64,000 nt of DNA from Takakia lepidozioides (lineage: Eukaryota; Plantae; Bryophyta), in NCBI GenBank assembly GCA_030704615.1, contig CM060733.1, positions 49,848,001 to 49,912,000 of the forward strand. Direction: 5' to 3'. A program made the translations under genes and the position numbers. Below, piece by piece: positions 44,485-57,804 of this stretch (its first letter is position 1; the number at the start of each line of letters is the position of its first letter). The notes beneath the pieces were generated by a model that did no database searches, was not told the origin of the DNA, and saw nothing but the letters and a program-made list of their open reading frames with translations.

Positions 44485-47400
44485 ATGAAAGGCAATGGAG
44501 GCATGGCAAGTGGAGAATCGAGCTTGCTAAAGCACATCAAACCAAAGCCAATCCAGTGTGTCGAGATTGTGTATTCTGGCCACTCGTTTTCTTCTACTTT
44601 CTCTTTTACCTCTTCTCCGAGTCTCTCACTGCGCTGATATGGCTCTTGATGCTGTTCCTATTTCAGGACCGTTCAATCTGTTGATTGAATAATGCCGCGT
44701 AGCTGCAGTTCAATTTAGACAAAAGCACACAGGGGAGCTTCGAACGACATGGATGGGAGCGAGTATGCACTCTCTGTGCTCAAACGCTTTTTCGCAACAA
44801 TCTCGCTCCGCAATTGCAGTGCCCCGGGCTACGGCTAGTTAGAGTTCACCACCTGTGGCGAAGGAGGTGTACGAGGTGGAGCTGGAGAATCCCTTCGGCC
44901 TTAAGTTTTACAAGGGAGCTGATGGAGGAACCTACATAGATGCCATAGCTACTGGCGGCAGTGCTGACAACACGAAGCTGTTCACACCTGGTGACAAAGT
45001 ATTATCCACCAGGTCAGAATTGCCTGAAGTCTAATCCTACAAGAATGAGCTTAATCCGGATTGACTACCCATCGATACTCACAATTGACCTCCTCTCAAT
45101 TTCAGTTGGAAAAGGGAAGAAATGGGAGAAGTAATATGCCAACCGATAGATGCAGCGTGGACGTTGAAGGCTACCCGGATTATCTAAGAAGCTAAGCAGC
45201 TAACGCACTATACGAGAGCCGAAGAATATAACTAGCACAGTATGGAGGAGAAGAAAACAGGGTGAGGACGACCCAAGTCACAATGTGGGGACTGAAAATG
45301 AGCATCTCCAACTTGGAAGATACGTAGGAATACGTTGTATACTAGACTATTTTGACTGCGATGAGAGTAACATCGACTTCTATAAACGATTGTAGATTTT
45401 TTTCACTTGCATTGTCAATCAGGTGAAGCAGCATTTACAACCGGCCTGGTGTGGAAGTGCTGGTCAACAACGTCCATAGCCTCTGTTTCTCTAAATCCAT
45501 ACGAACTGCTATCCTTCTTGCACCATACCAAAATATCCTTCCATTTGTCCGAATGTCTTCAATCCACCAATTGGCCATTGTCTCATTTGCCAGTCTCACA
45601 CTCATTTTGTGTACTTGACTTTTTTGGCCTTGATATCTTATAAGAATTACGGTGATGCTGTGTTAGTCGGCTTCTTTCTCCTAATCTCACTTTCCTAGGC
45701 AAATGCAGTATAAGCATTGACATCCCTTGAGTTTAGTAATGCTTATAGATACATTTCCATTTCAGAAATGGCCAGGTAGTTCAGTGCCAGGTAGTTCACT
45801 TCTGAGAGATTGAGAAATTTCTGCAACCAAGCACTTTCAGAGGCTCTGGTCCAGTATGGACTAATGAGAGGTGAAAATTATCTATCGGTTATATCCAAAT
45901 CAAATATATGTATCTGTATTTTGTTCCATTCTGATTGTCACCTCTATGACTATTTATCAGTCTTACAGTTATGATAATAACATACCTGTCGGTTTGTGTC
46001 CTTGTATGAGGACAGTATAGCTTTCATTGCTACACCCCCCAGATTCATCGTGCATACTGCAACGGCTGTGCGGAGCCTCATTTGGGAGGGATTCATCTAC
46101 TCATACAATCTGACTGAATAGGTGACCACCTGATAGCAATCTTATGCACCTGGTGTTCAGGAACTGTCGAAATGGAGGTGTCCTCAGAAGTATTGAGCAG
46201 CCTAGTATTGTCCCTTCCTTTTGTCCTGCATCTGTGCAAGAATAAAGATGGATAGATAAGGCTTTTACCAAATTAGAACTTACTAAAACAAGGATGTCAT
46301 GGAGGTCATTCCACATGTGTTCAAGGGATTTTGCACATCTAGTGAGTACTGTTTTCAGCGTGTGTGGTTACAATCTCATGTCATTGTAGGTTACTTTGTT
46401 GCTCTTGCTTCAAGAGAAATTGTTTGAACTTGATGCAGTGCCGTGTTTGGAAACGAGATGTGACCAGCAGCCGAGTATGGACGCACAATGTACACCATCT
46501 GCCAGTGTATAGGCACTCATGCCTTGAAAATGGAGAAGCGGAATGGTGTGTTACCTAGTGGCGACCATGCTGTTGTTCCCACGATTTTAACCAATTGGAT
46601 CGACACAAGGATATTGTTTCTGCTTCGACAGTTTAGTGAAATGTTCACAGTTTCTGGAGAGACCATGTTAGTGAGAATGTCATCCTAGTCTGCAGTTGGC
46701 AAGAAAGAGAGAAAGAGAGGGAGAGAGAGGGAGAGATGTGTGGCAAGGCTGATGGACACAGATATACAGCAAGTATGTAAACTTCCCTCCTGGTACATAA
46801 AAGTATAGCTGGTAATGGAAAATCGGGGTGCCATGACTGGGTTGCTCCAGGCATTCAAGAAGATAGGGGAGCATCAGCAGAACAACTATCAGCTGAACGG
46901 AATGCAGGGCAGATTGGGGAATGGATTCGGGAGATACAAGTGAGTTGCAAATCTTGTCCAATTCATCACAATCGGATGCATTCTACTTGAGAGTCCTTGA
47001 AGGCTGTCTGACTCTTTGGACCTTTCACAGACATGACATCATGAAGTTTCTTTCCTGCTCTTTCTGAGAATGACTAAAGTCTATTAATAATGAAAAAGTT
47101 TTTCTGTAAAGGATAAAGACTGACAGTTAGCGAGCAACAATTGGGGTGAAGATCTAGAACTACCTACGCAAAATGGAGTTGAAGAAGCAAAGAGAAGAAG
47201 AACTTACGGCAGGCCTTAAGCTCTACAAGTAATGTGAATAGCTCTATTTATCTATGTTCCTGTGTGCTTATGCAGGCCTCTGTCTGAAACTCGCTCTTCT
47301 CTTCCTCCATCTCTGTACACCTCACCATCTTATTTGAACCAGTTGACTGCATCACAATCTCTCATAGGGCTACAGTTCAGGGTGAAGTCAGGTGACAAGC

Positions 47401-49450
47401 CATGCACATATTCCTATTGTTCTGTGGTTACTTCCTGTTGCTCCATCTAGATTCTTTCATGTAGTGAGCAGCACATACCTGTGATGAATCATGGTGCCAG
47501 GGCAGCAAAGTATCAGGCAGCATTAGAGAGGTTTGAGACGGGGCTAGGAACAAGCGGTCGCCAGCTATAATGTGGCTTGTTGCTACTCCCAACTCAACCA
47601 GGTTTGTCTTTTAAACATACTGGGCATTGCTGCATGGTAAACTTAACTCACAGGCAGTACTGTCCAAATGAACATGTATGCAGAGCACTAATATCACATC
47701 TCTGCTATTTACTTATTTGAGAGTTTATTGCTTCCACCATCCACAACTCTGGTTTTGTCAGGTTTTGTCATAATCTATCTCACCTTAATTGGTGAATGTA
47801 CACTCTTGTGTTTGGAGGCAAAACCTACTTGTAAGCTTCATTAACACCCTTCGATGAACATCAAGTGGCATTCAAGGATCACCTAATGGATCCTCCCTCT
47901 TTGGTCGCCGAGATGAAATTCAAACTAAGAGTTGGTTGCATATATCTGTGGACTACATGGGGCCAACTGGGGATCGTAGAGATCGGTTAGGATGTTTGCA
48001 TTTTTAATGAATTTTAATATGCTTCTTTAATATGTGCTTGTCTGAACAAGAGGCCCCTCTTTGAAAGTATCCAAAAGACTCTCACCAACTTCGTTCAATT
48101 TCCTGAGCTTGAGAGGATGCCAAAAGTTGTAGCCTTCCTTGGGGCTGATCTGTTTGCTCCAAACTGACACTATTATAAAGTGCTGTCCTGGGAAAATTCT
48201 GCAACTTTTTTTGTCCACATTCTCCCCTTTTCTTGTCTGCCTAAAATCAAGTGTGGGTCTATGGTACAAGAACACCATCCCAGTCCATCTCTCAACATAT
48301 TCAACTGCACTTTTATGTTTTGAAATAGATCTTACAAGTAGGGTATCCTTGATCAGTAGCTGAGAGAGCAGCTACACTAAACGTTTCACCCAACTAAAAG
48401 GGTTTCCATCCCATGGGATAAACAACCTCAATATTGATGCCCATTGCATCCTGTGTTATCTTTTGTGCATTTAGTGCTCCTTTATGACTTTGCAATAGAT
48501 ATGGATTCCTAGAGATGGGCATGTTTGTGTCCTGGGGTTCAGTGCTGGGAAATGGAAAAAAATTGACAATGGCATAAAATGTGTGCAGATTGAAGCTGGA
48601 ATTTCTGCTATTGAAGAAGCCATGGAAGACTACAAGGTAAGTGCACTGTCCACCATCCCTTTCCATCCCCTCTTTCCTTCTTGCTTATACGGTGTGCATT
48701 TTGTTCCGCAGGTCTGTCTGTTTGCTCATTTCACTGAGTGTCTATTCATCTGTCTTTGTTACCGCTTGGTCAGGAGATCTCTTTACTTCATATTATGGTC
48801 AACTACAGTGTCTTGTTTCTCTCTCAAATGAAAGGGATAGGGGGAATGGAATTGTTTTCTGTCTCATATCAATGGCTATTATGATACATTTCCGTGGTGC
48901 TAATGAAAGAGAACAAGGAAGATAGAAGTCACCAGAATGCTTATTACGACAATGGAGAACAAGTAGTGAGAACCCATCAAATGTGCACAAGAGAAGAAGA
49001 AAAACCTTTTAGTGTCCAGGACCAAGGGACACATAGTGGAGGAAAAGAAATTAATTATGCCCTCATAGGAAGTCCGTAAAAAGATGGAGCTTTCGAATTA
49101 GAGATCACAGGTCATGGCCTGTTAGCCCTAAAGGGACACGGTCACAGATCACAGCTATGCTTTTAATGTGAAAGAAAGAGAATCCTCTCATGTTGAAGAT
49201 GTAACTACCCTCTTCAGCTGCGAGGGAATGTTGTCTTTCTTTACTGCTTTTCTTTCAATTTTTTTGGTCTTCCTAGTGGTGATCATTTATTTGGAGCGGT
49301 GCAATATTGCAGACAATCCGAGTAGATCTGGCAATTTTGAGGAATTCTCCAAGCTTCATTCCACTCATCAACAAATATGATGAGCTCTTTATCAATGAGA
49401 ACGCAATGGCAGCTTTGAGATTTGTCTTTGGGATATTTGGTAAAATGTAA
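44485..49450 (+). pseudogene. MET1/ZKT: Unprocessed pseudogene of the thylakoid PDZ/K-box/TPR protein MET1 (ZKT; Chlamydomonas TEF30); not the DNA methyltransferase MET1
   Basis: Exons encode YEVELENPFGLKFYKGADGGTYIDAI (to 45012), AVFGNEM*PAAEYGRTMYTI (about 46439-46555), *NYLRKMELKKQREEEL (about 47112-47228), AKYQAALERFE...VASYNVACCYSQLNQ (47501-47601), IEAGISAIEEAMEDYK (48589-48636) and TIRVDLAILRNS...FINENAMAAL...KM* (49313-49450). In-frame stops at 44840, 46461 and 47155 and a frameshifting deletion near 47552. Confidence 0.88.
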
Positions 49451-49589
49451 GGTTGACATATTGGGCTTTATTCTTTTTGCTTACCCGACGAGTTTTAGGC
49501 AAGCGTGTGAGGTGGTGGGGCCCGCTGGGCTGAGCTCAGGGAGGCTCAGGCAGCATTGTGAAGGTGGGGAGCGCTCCACACCTTTAGGA

Positions 49590-49890
49590 CCATGTTCCCC
49601 AACATTCTCCAATTTTGCTCCCCCGTTCCCGGTCCAAGATCCTTGCTCCCCATACTGGGACAGGGGAGTGGGGACCGCAAATAGGGGAGCAAGCCGCATT
49701 CCACAGGACGAGTAGGGGAGCGAGGAGGGGAGCGAGGACCGGGAACAGGGGATCGAGCCGTGTTCCATAAGGCGAGGAAGGGAGCGGGGATCAAGAACAG
49801 GGGAGCGAGGACAAGGGACAGGGACAGGGATAGGGGAGCGGGACTGGGAACAAGGAGGGGACAGAGGGAACAGGGGAGCGTAGCGACGAT
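49590..49890. repeat. GC-rich array of GGGGAGCG/GGGAACAG motifs, probably a non-autonomous DNA transposon relic
   Basis: Many GGGGAGCGAGG and GGGA(A)CAGGG units, with inverse CCCCGTTCCCGGTCC at the left; termini not resolved. Confidence 0.4.
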
Positions 49891-50997
49891 CTTGGACTTA
49901 GGATTATAATTCCATGTACTACCTATCAGTCGACATGACTATTCTGCCATGATTTGAACCTCAGACCTCTTCTTTGCAACACACATCACCTAGCCACCAC
50001 ACTACCATCTGTTTCTTGCAACACCCTCGATTTCCTACAAATACAGGCTTGCGGGTGAGAGGGGAGCAAGGGGGTGGGGATTTGATAGTGTGCCCTGTCG
50101 GAACGTCGCCCGGCACGGCCATCCCTGGCAACCGCACCGGCGAGGCTCCCATGCTTGCATTCAACTCGGGCGTAGTCTGCTCCATTTGCATGTAAGTAGA
50201 TATGCTTCTTGTTACTACGTGCATTTGGATATTAGTGTGACGCATCGCCCCCATCCATGGACTGAATTGATAAACTTGGACGTCTACCACACGATCAGCG
50301 ATGTGGTTCAATGAAGTATTAGGGACTCGAAAGACAAAAGTCAGCGGGAGGCCTCCATGAAATAAAGGTCATCTCATCATTTTTCCAAAAGTCTGCGAGA
50401 GGACTGTGTTGGGGGCCGGGGTGCCTTTTCAGGCTGGAATCCCCAGCAGTCCAACAGTTCCACTGCATAATACATTCCAGCCGCAGGATCACCTTACCAT
50501 TCACACTGTCCACTTGGAATCTACGAACCTACCCTGGACTTCCGGAAATCTACTTTGGAAAAAGAAATCACACCTGAAATAGATTATGGCCTAGTTTACG
50601 TAATAGGGAACAGGATTTCCACTGAGGTTTTCTATAGGGTGAGACTAGAGCATCCCCACCCTTCTCATTGAAATGGCCCTTCTACGTCTGTTTTGAAGAG
50701 GTTGGTTCAGGACTCTGGAAAGGTGTGTGTGAAGGGGTCGACTGCTCGTAGCCACACCCTTGCCCCTCATTACGCCCCTGTATCCAATGTTCCCGCCTTG
50801 CTGGAGTTCTTAGCGACGTTCTCATACGCTCTGACAGGCTTCTCATAAGCTTATCACGTGCTTCTCATATGCGCCAACACGCTCTGACATATCCTTGGTT
50901 AGGATGACTCGGTTTAGGGACGGGTTCAGGAAACTGAATATTGTGCCAGGATTCAGTGAAAGAGAGGCGGCTCAGTGTCCGCCCTTAAGGGCGTATA

Positions 50998-51125
50998 CGG
51001 TAGGGGGGCAAGGGTGTGGTAAGTTTGGAGGCAAATTTGAAACTGTATATGAGAAGTACCGGTAGGGGGGCAAGGGTGTGGTAAGTTTGGAGGCAAATTT
51101 GAAACTGTATATGAGAAGTACCGGT
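50998..51125. repeat. Perfect 62-bp tandem duplication
   Basis: CGGTAGGGGGGCAAGGGTGTGGTAAGTTTGGAGGCAAATTTGAAACTGTATATGAGAAGTAC occurs twice, starting at 50998 and 51060. Confidence 0.9.
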
Positions 51126-51479
51126 GCAAGGGTCCGTAGAGGCGTAGGGTGGGGATGCTCTAAGTAGGTTGACTGAGCAAGTTGGCCTCCCACCCTCTGG
51201 AAACGTCACTGTAAATCGAAATCTATTATGAAAGTGTCAGGCTAGCCCACTCATTCTGTCCGTGCAGTCCAAATTTGAAATATACCAGTGTAATCCCACT
51301 TACTCATTCCAAATTCTGAAATGATCCCCAAAACATTATGCAAATATTGCGTCATATAATCAACTTCAACGTCAAGAGGAAATTAAAAAAAATAAGGGTA
51401 CCAAATTATATAGGGGTTGTTCCTGAAGGTCGAAAAAAAGAAGAGCATTAGCGGCCAAAAAAAATCTTGCATAGCTTTA

Positions 51480-53341
51480 TAAAAAGACCCAAGCGGGGTG
51501 ACTGTACAAATGGGTGTAACTGTCCCCAAGAGGAAACAACCAAAGCTCGTAGAACTAGATATATTAACACAATGAAAGAAATCAAACTATTCTAGTATCA
51601 CCTACAGCCTGAAGAAGGTCAGACAACAGGAAAGAGGATCAGAGAGTGCGGGGAGGTGAGATGAAGCCGCCCCTGCCCTCTGCCCGACGTAAAATAGATT
51701 GAGCTTGAGCCTTTTGCAAAGCAACAGAAACTCGTTGTCTAAAGAAAGCTACAAGAACAGAGGCGTATGGGCTTCCAAGGCTTTTGTTTTCTGCTGCACA
51801 ATGGGCACATGTACAAAGGAACTCGTTGAACTGATGATGCAAACAACCAAAGATCTCGATTGCCAAAGGAAGGAATATGTATGTGGAATGACGTGCCCGA
51901 TAGTCATGCTCATTTCCCTGCGCAGTTACTGAAGCGGCAACTCCCTGTGATGAGGCTGTGCGGGGCAGAAGATCCGACCTAGTAGGATCAGCGATAACAA
52001 CGTCCGCCAATGTACGTAGTCAGTCCTATGAGAGAACAATGTCAACCCGTCGTCGAGTGGAATAGTGATTGTGGGTCGATGGGAGTATGTGCACCTGCTC
52101 TCGAATGACATGTATCCCAGCATCACGAGCAACCGTAGCTGCTGCATCCCGGACGACGTCATGGGTCGCAGTGCGTTCTCCACCGCAGGGGCAATGAAGA
52201 AGATGTACGCCAATTGAATCGAGAGGATGGCGACAAACACACTGTTGTAGTCCTAACACAGAGGGATATGGAAGACCCAGTCGAACTCGTAGGGAGGTGG
52301 TAAATACAGCAGAAGACATACGGAAGGGTGCAATGGTTGGTCGTACCGTAAGCCACGCGCCTGCTCCGGGCCCTGCGCACGAGAGAAGTCTGGCCCAATG
52401 TGCATTTGAAGGAGCGTCGGAAAGCATGCTGGCAAATGAGTGTCGGTGCACGCGTTCCATGATGGTATCCTGTAAATGCTCCAGACCTTGAGTGACCAAC
52501 TGTTCAAAGGGTGGCAGACAAGCCCGTGTTGGTGTTGGAATGAGATCCCGCGCTGAACGAAGATGTTGCTAGAAGGATGAAGAGCCATCGTCGATGTGGG
52601 CATCCACCTCCATGAGAAAAGGGCGTTGCTGACACAGAAACCGAGATGCCAAGGCTGGAGCGACTAAAGCCCAACTACCTAGAAAGGCAGCAGGGGCAGT
52701 GACGAATGTAAATAATAAACCCAATCCTCCAGAAGAGATCGGGAGGGTAGCCTGACGACATGCCAAGGGCCCTTGCTCACTATCAAATGCACCTGGGCCT
52801 AATAGACAACCAAAAATCCCCCTAACAGTCGTATCAAAAGAAGACAGAAGCTCCACAAACTGGGGAGTGAGGGGCGCTGTAAAAAGCATTTGGTGAGAAT
52901 GTCATGGGCTACCTGCATATCGCCTAGTTTGGGAAGAAGCTCTATATGGCTTATATCCTGTAGCAAAGCGTCTTGGAGGAAAGATGTTGTGTAAGGGGTA
53001 CTACCAAAGGGAACACCTAACACTCGAATACCCTCAGATGGTGCTAAAAAGTCGACAGGGGGCACGAAATCTGAAGGCAGACCAGAGGGTGACCAAACTG
53101 TGGATTTGTGAGGTTGAACAGTGAGCCCAAGAGAGTGAAGTTGGGAAGCAAAGTGATGGAAAGCCAAAAGGATATCAGTGGGAGGGCCAATGATGTGGGT
53201 ATCATCAGCAATAGAAGGAAATATACAGGATTGGAAGGCTTGCGCAGATGAGCGAAAAGCTCGGAAGTGGGCAAAAGCAAAAAGAGGTCCCCCTAATGGA
53301 TCGCCCTGATGGGTTCCTACTTCGGACTGGATTATAGAAAC
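51480..53341 (-). mobile_element. 5'-truncated, decayed CRE-like non-LTR retrotransposon (RT, CCHC finger and restriction-like endonuclease)
   Basis: RT motifs GTHQGDPLGGPLFA, SIADDTHIIG and GIRVLGVPFGS. C-terminal GAGAWL...LRVRLGLP...CVC...HLLHC...THD...RVDIV...ADVVIADP...PLAIEIFG...RVSVALQKAQA. Frame disruption near 52860 and stops near 52020. Confidence 0.85.
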
Positions 53342-53479
53342 AAGGTGCCTCCTTGCAATATTGCGGCTTCATCTATTGGTCAGCAGGAGCCAATTCTGGG
53401 TCACTATCTGTGCAATAACATTTTGTGAAAATGCAAGTATATAACAAAAATGAAAGACTAGGACTACTGACCGCTCACG

Positions 53480-55570
53480 TAGTACAGAAAGCTGAAGAGT
53501 CCACACTAACTGGGAGACTTTAGGCAGACAGTGCAGAATGCTTTCAATGCTGAATATTTAGATATAGGTTTATAAGACAACTCTTATTGACATAGAAACA
53601 TGGTATTGGCGATCAAGAAGCGAATTTTCCACTAGATATTTTCTACATGGTGATTCTATATTCTACTGCTTAGTGACCACATTCGGTTTCATTTCACTGG
53701 TGAGTATTTAATTGATCTAGAAACAGTAAATGTTTTCTCCATTTGAAGTAAACAAAACCACTCTGTAGTGATTTTATTTCACTAATCAGTATTTAATTTA
53801 GCTAGGAATAGTAAATATTTTCTCCATTTGAACAAAACCACTCTGTAGTGAACATAAAATAGTAATGTTAACATTTAATATTAGAATCAACAACACATCA
53901 GCATGGGTTGGTGATATTTCTACCACAGAGTAATATATTTTACTATAGGTCAACACTAGGTGGTGATCTATACACTCTATAGTGAAATATATCACATATT
54001 TCCACCATAGAGTAATACATTTTACTACATGTAAGGTATTATGTCCTACTATGCAATGAAATATATAATGGGATATCTCCACTATAGAGTAAACAATTAA
54101 ACTACATGTCAGCACTTGTTGGTAATTAATCATACCCAATAATTAAATTCATATTCAAATATGGCCATTACATGGTAGTACTGATGACTACATGTCAACC
54201 GGTTTACTATTTATAAGCAATGTATCTTACTACATAGCTAAATCTATACACTACTTAGTATTATGTTCAACTCTTTGTTTCACTATACAGTGAAAGTTAA
54301 TTCCATATTATCTACTATACAGTACTTACTTCAAGTACAAGTACGTCCACGTGTATTGATATAGTGGAACGGAATAATAGACGTCGTAGTACAGTTGAAC
54401 TAAATGACCTGAACTCACTACCACATAATAGACAAATTAACTACTAGGTATCTTTGTTTCACTATACAGTGAAACGTATAACCCAAATTTCACTATGTAG
54501 TATTTACTTCAACTACACGTAACTACCATTACACGTCCACGTGTAATGGTATAGTGGCACGATAGTACACGTCATAATAAAACTGCATAGTGAAACTTTT
54601 TGGTGTATTGGTATAGTGAAACGTTTCTGTCGCGGCCCTTTGCCTTGAGGGCAGGGCGTCGGGACGCAGGAGGGGCTGCCTCTGTGGTGGGGGCAGTGGT
54701 AGCGATAGGTACGGGGGGCTGAAGCACCCTTGAGTGCCCAAGGCACTCAAGGAGGCGGAGGCGCTCACTAGGTGGAGCCCCGCACACCGGGTTGCGGTGG
54801 GGGTGGCTCCACAAGGGGTGGTGGTAGTTTAGTGGGACTTAGTGGGGGTGGCATAGGACTCACCATGGGGCGGAGACCTTACGGTGGGAGTCGTGGGGAG
54901 TCTTGGGACTCATCACGGTCCAATGGGGCCGTGGTGGGTGGGCCAAGACTCACCGCGACTCATCACCGGGAATCGAGGGTCTTCGTGGTGGTTCGCCATA
55001 AAATGGCATGGTTGTTTGTGAAACCCCTGCGGATAGTCACAGAAGTATATATAGGGAGTAGTAACCCCGAGAACGGTGCAAGCCCGTTGGTGACCGAAAA
55101 CTAGTGAGTAAGCGAGCGAGCCGGAAAGCGACCAAGGAGTGGGGAACTATTCCGGACTGCCATCTACCAAAGGGAATTTCCACTAGGCCCAAATTGGTGG
55201 AGGGTCTGGTGGAAGAGTAAAAGGGGACCGTTATGTCCCGGTAAGTAGCCGAAGCTCCAAGTTGGCCAAGCGGCCAGGTTGGGAGTTAGGCGTGCGCATC
55301 AAAGTGAGTAACTATGACTTGAAGGGGAACTTACCGAAGTGAGGTACGCGACAGTTTCACTGCCAGACCTCCTACCCGAAAAAAATAGTGGGCTTCATCA
55401 TAGTGAAAGTTGTTTCATTGTATGTCTGTTTCGACTTCCCTAATACGACTATGGTGCCTGTAGTAAAACATGCTTGAAACGACCATGAAAACAATGAAAC
55501 GGAAAAAACCACATCTTGTTGTAGTGGGGCTGAAACAAGCCTCTCGTGCCTAGTATGAAAAGATTGATGC
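53480..55570. repeat. AT-rich element with reiterated TTTCACTATACAGTGAAA-type palindromes and internal duplications, interrupted by a solo LTR
   Basis: About 120-bp unit at 54273 and 54453; about 65-bp unit at 53703 and 53788; the GTGAAA/TTTCAC motifs resume after 55354. Confidence 0.5.
54628..55353. mobile_element. Solo LTR (726 bp)
   Basis: Begins TGTCGCG and ends CGCGACA (7-bp inverted termini), flanked by TSD GTTTC (54623-54627, 55354-55358). GC-rich against an AT-rich host; TATA-like TATATATAG near 55046. Confidence 0.88.
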
Positions 55571-56760
55571 ATATCTTAAAACATAGGGTCTACAAAGAAG
55601 AAGTGCAAATTATAATATTCTCTACATTCGATTGAGGATGGAAAAATTGTAATCCTCGTGCTTTATGTAAATGATCTCCTTATCACCGGTGACAACACCA
55701 ACAAGATAGAATGGATTCAATCACAGCTGAGCAGGAGATTTGATATGACCAATGTCGATCATATGAATCACTACCTACGGATAGAATTTATCTACTTTAA
55801 CAGGGGGATATTCATGACTCAGCGGGCATACACACTACAAACTCTGGCACAATTTGGCATGACCAATTGTAATCCTGCCTCAACACCCCGATGTTTGAAA
55901 ATCTTAAGCTGGTAGCAGATATGGGAGCACCACTTGAGGATGCATTGGAGTACCACACTATCGTAAGGCAAATTGATATATCTTACGAATACGAGACCAG
56001 ATATAGCTTTTGCGGTGGGAGTCATCAGCCGATTCATGACAGCCCCTCACGAGCCTCACGTGGCTGCTGCCAAACATATCCTCAGGTATCTAAAAGGTAC
56101 AGTCGAGTATGGATTGTTCTACGAACAAGGGGGAGAGACTGTGATATCTGGATGCTGACTGGGCCGACGACTCAGACACTAGAAGGTCAACCACATGATA
56201 CGTGTTTAGTCTCGACAATGGCCCAGTCACATGGACAAGCAAGAGACAACCAACAGTCTCTTGTTCATCAACCGAAGCCGAATACCAAGCTCTCACGGAG
56301 GGAACCAATGAGTCTATCTGGCTGAATCGGCTCACCTCAAAGCTACAGCAAAGGGACATCCCGATAAAATTGTGGTGTGACAACATGAGCTGCATCAAAA
56401 GTGCTAAGAACCCGGTGTTTCATGGACAAACGAAACACATTAAAGTGCAACATCACTTCGTACGTGAGAAATTTGGGACAGGGGAGGTTGACCTAGAGCA
56501 TGTTCGTACGACAGATCCGATTGCAGTCATTCTTACGAAGCCACGAGGGAAAGGAAATTCCAAAAGCTGAGGGAGCAATTGGGTGTGTGTTCATTATCAA
56601 ATCTTCAAAAATTAGAAGCAAAGGCTAGTAATCCTTTCTCAATAGCAGAGAGAATCAGTTCAACTAGAGGAGGCAACTACCTTGGTCGCATTCACAGCTA
56701 TTCTCCCTGGAATTATCTAATTTTTTGTCATAGAAGACATGAGAGTAAGAGGAGGTGTCA
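55570..56760 (+). mobile_element. Ty1/Copia RT-RNase H fragment, decayed
   Basis: LYVNDLLITG (YVDD motif, mutated), IYLTNTRPDIAFAVGVISRFM, WTSKRQPTVSCSSTEAEY, WCDNMSCI...NPVFHGQTKHIKVQHHFVRE, with frameshifts. PPT-like GAGAGTAAGAGGAGG followed by TGTCA at 56756. Confidence 0.9.
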
Positions 56761-57268
56761 GAAATATCACCCTCATTGTCTTGTCATCGAGTAACTCCTA
56801 TTATATTTTCCCTTATTTGCTAGCGGACAATCGTTATCTTGTAGGTTGTTACCTTGCTGGTCACATTACTCATTAGTCAGTGCCTCCACTCTTTTCTTAT
56901 GAGAACTTATCAGGTGATCACCAAGTAGTGGTGTAGTAGTTTATATGGAGCCATCTGTCTCACTACATTTATCAATATAGTTTGATCACATCAATAGCTG
57001 AGCCTCAACTCCTCAACAACTTCATCCCTATCTGGGGGAGGGGGTGATCTCCAATGTTTTTCTTAAGGATTTTGAGAAGGGGTACGAGTGGCTATATTAT
57101 TGGGTGTAGGGTAGTGCAAGTGGCCCACTCTAGGTAATTTTCCTCGAATTGGTAGGCTACATGTATTTCCACTCTTGTGGTATTGTGCCGATCAAATGGA
57201 CGTTAAGGAGCAATAGAAGGCGAAGTACAAAAATAGTTGAAAGCCAAAATAAAATAAAATAAATATTT

Positions 57269-57415
57269 GACGCCTCCCTATGGAAGCGTAAATTATGGCC
57301 CCAAAGGGTTAGTGCCTTCCGCTAGGAAGGTGGACACCTTTGTGACACCAATCGGTGGATTGAACCCAGAACCACTTCCGAGGTGGTATGTGCCCATTAC
57401 CACTAGTTGAAAGCC
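57269..57415 (-). mobile_element. tRNA-derived SINE
   Basis: Collinear with 59714-59871; B box GGTTCAATCC; AT-rich (ATTTT)n tail at 57246-57268. Confidence 0.7.
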
Positions 57416-57804
57416 ATAATAGGCAAATGAAACTCTTTCTTATGTGAAAACCATAACTGTAGACTCAAAGCTCAAAGCCTTAGGACCGCGTATCTAGGGC
57501 AAGAGAAGGGACGAGCATCTCCATGGAAATGGAGGAGGCCCCACATCCCTAAACCCACTCCTCATCTGGCCCGTCAGATCATCCTGCATGGGGCCCGCCA
57601 TGGCAACAATTTTTGCTGCCCCGTGGTTCCAGGGGCGAGGACCTTTTTTGAGACCCCCCAATTTTTGGTGAAAACTGCCTTATTTGGATCTCTTTTTCCC
57701 TTTGTTTCATTTGCCAAGGGGATTTTCAGGCGGCCAAATGGCAAAAAATCTCCAATAAAAAAACCTTGGTGATATCTGCGCTTCGTCGGCCCAATGTCAA
57801 TGGT

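Noticed and set aside
49960-50520. Short ORFs in the transposon cluster
   Set aside because: No recognisable domain in the frames I examined.
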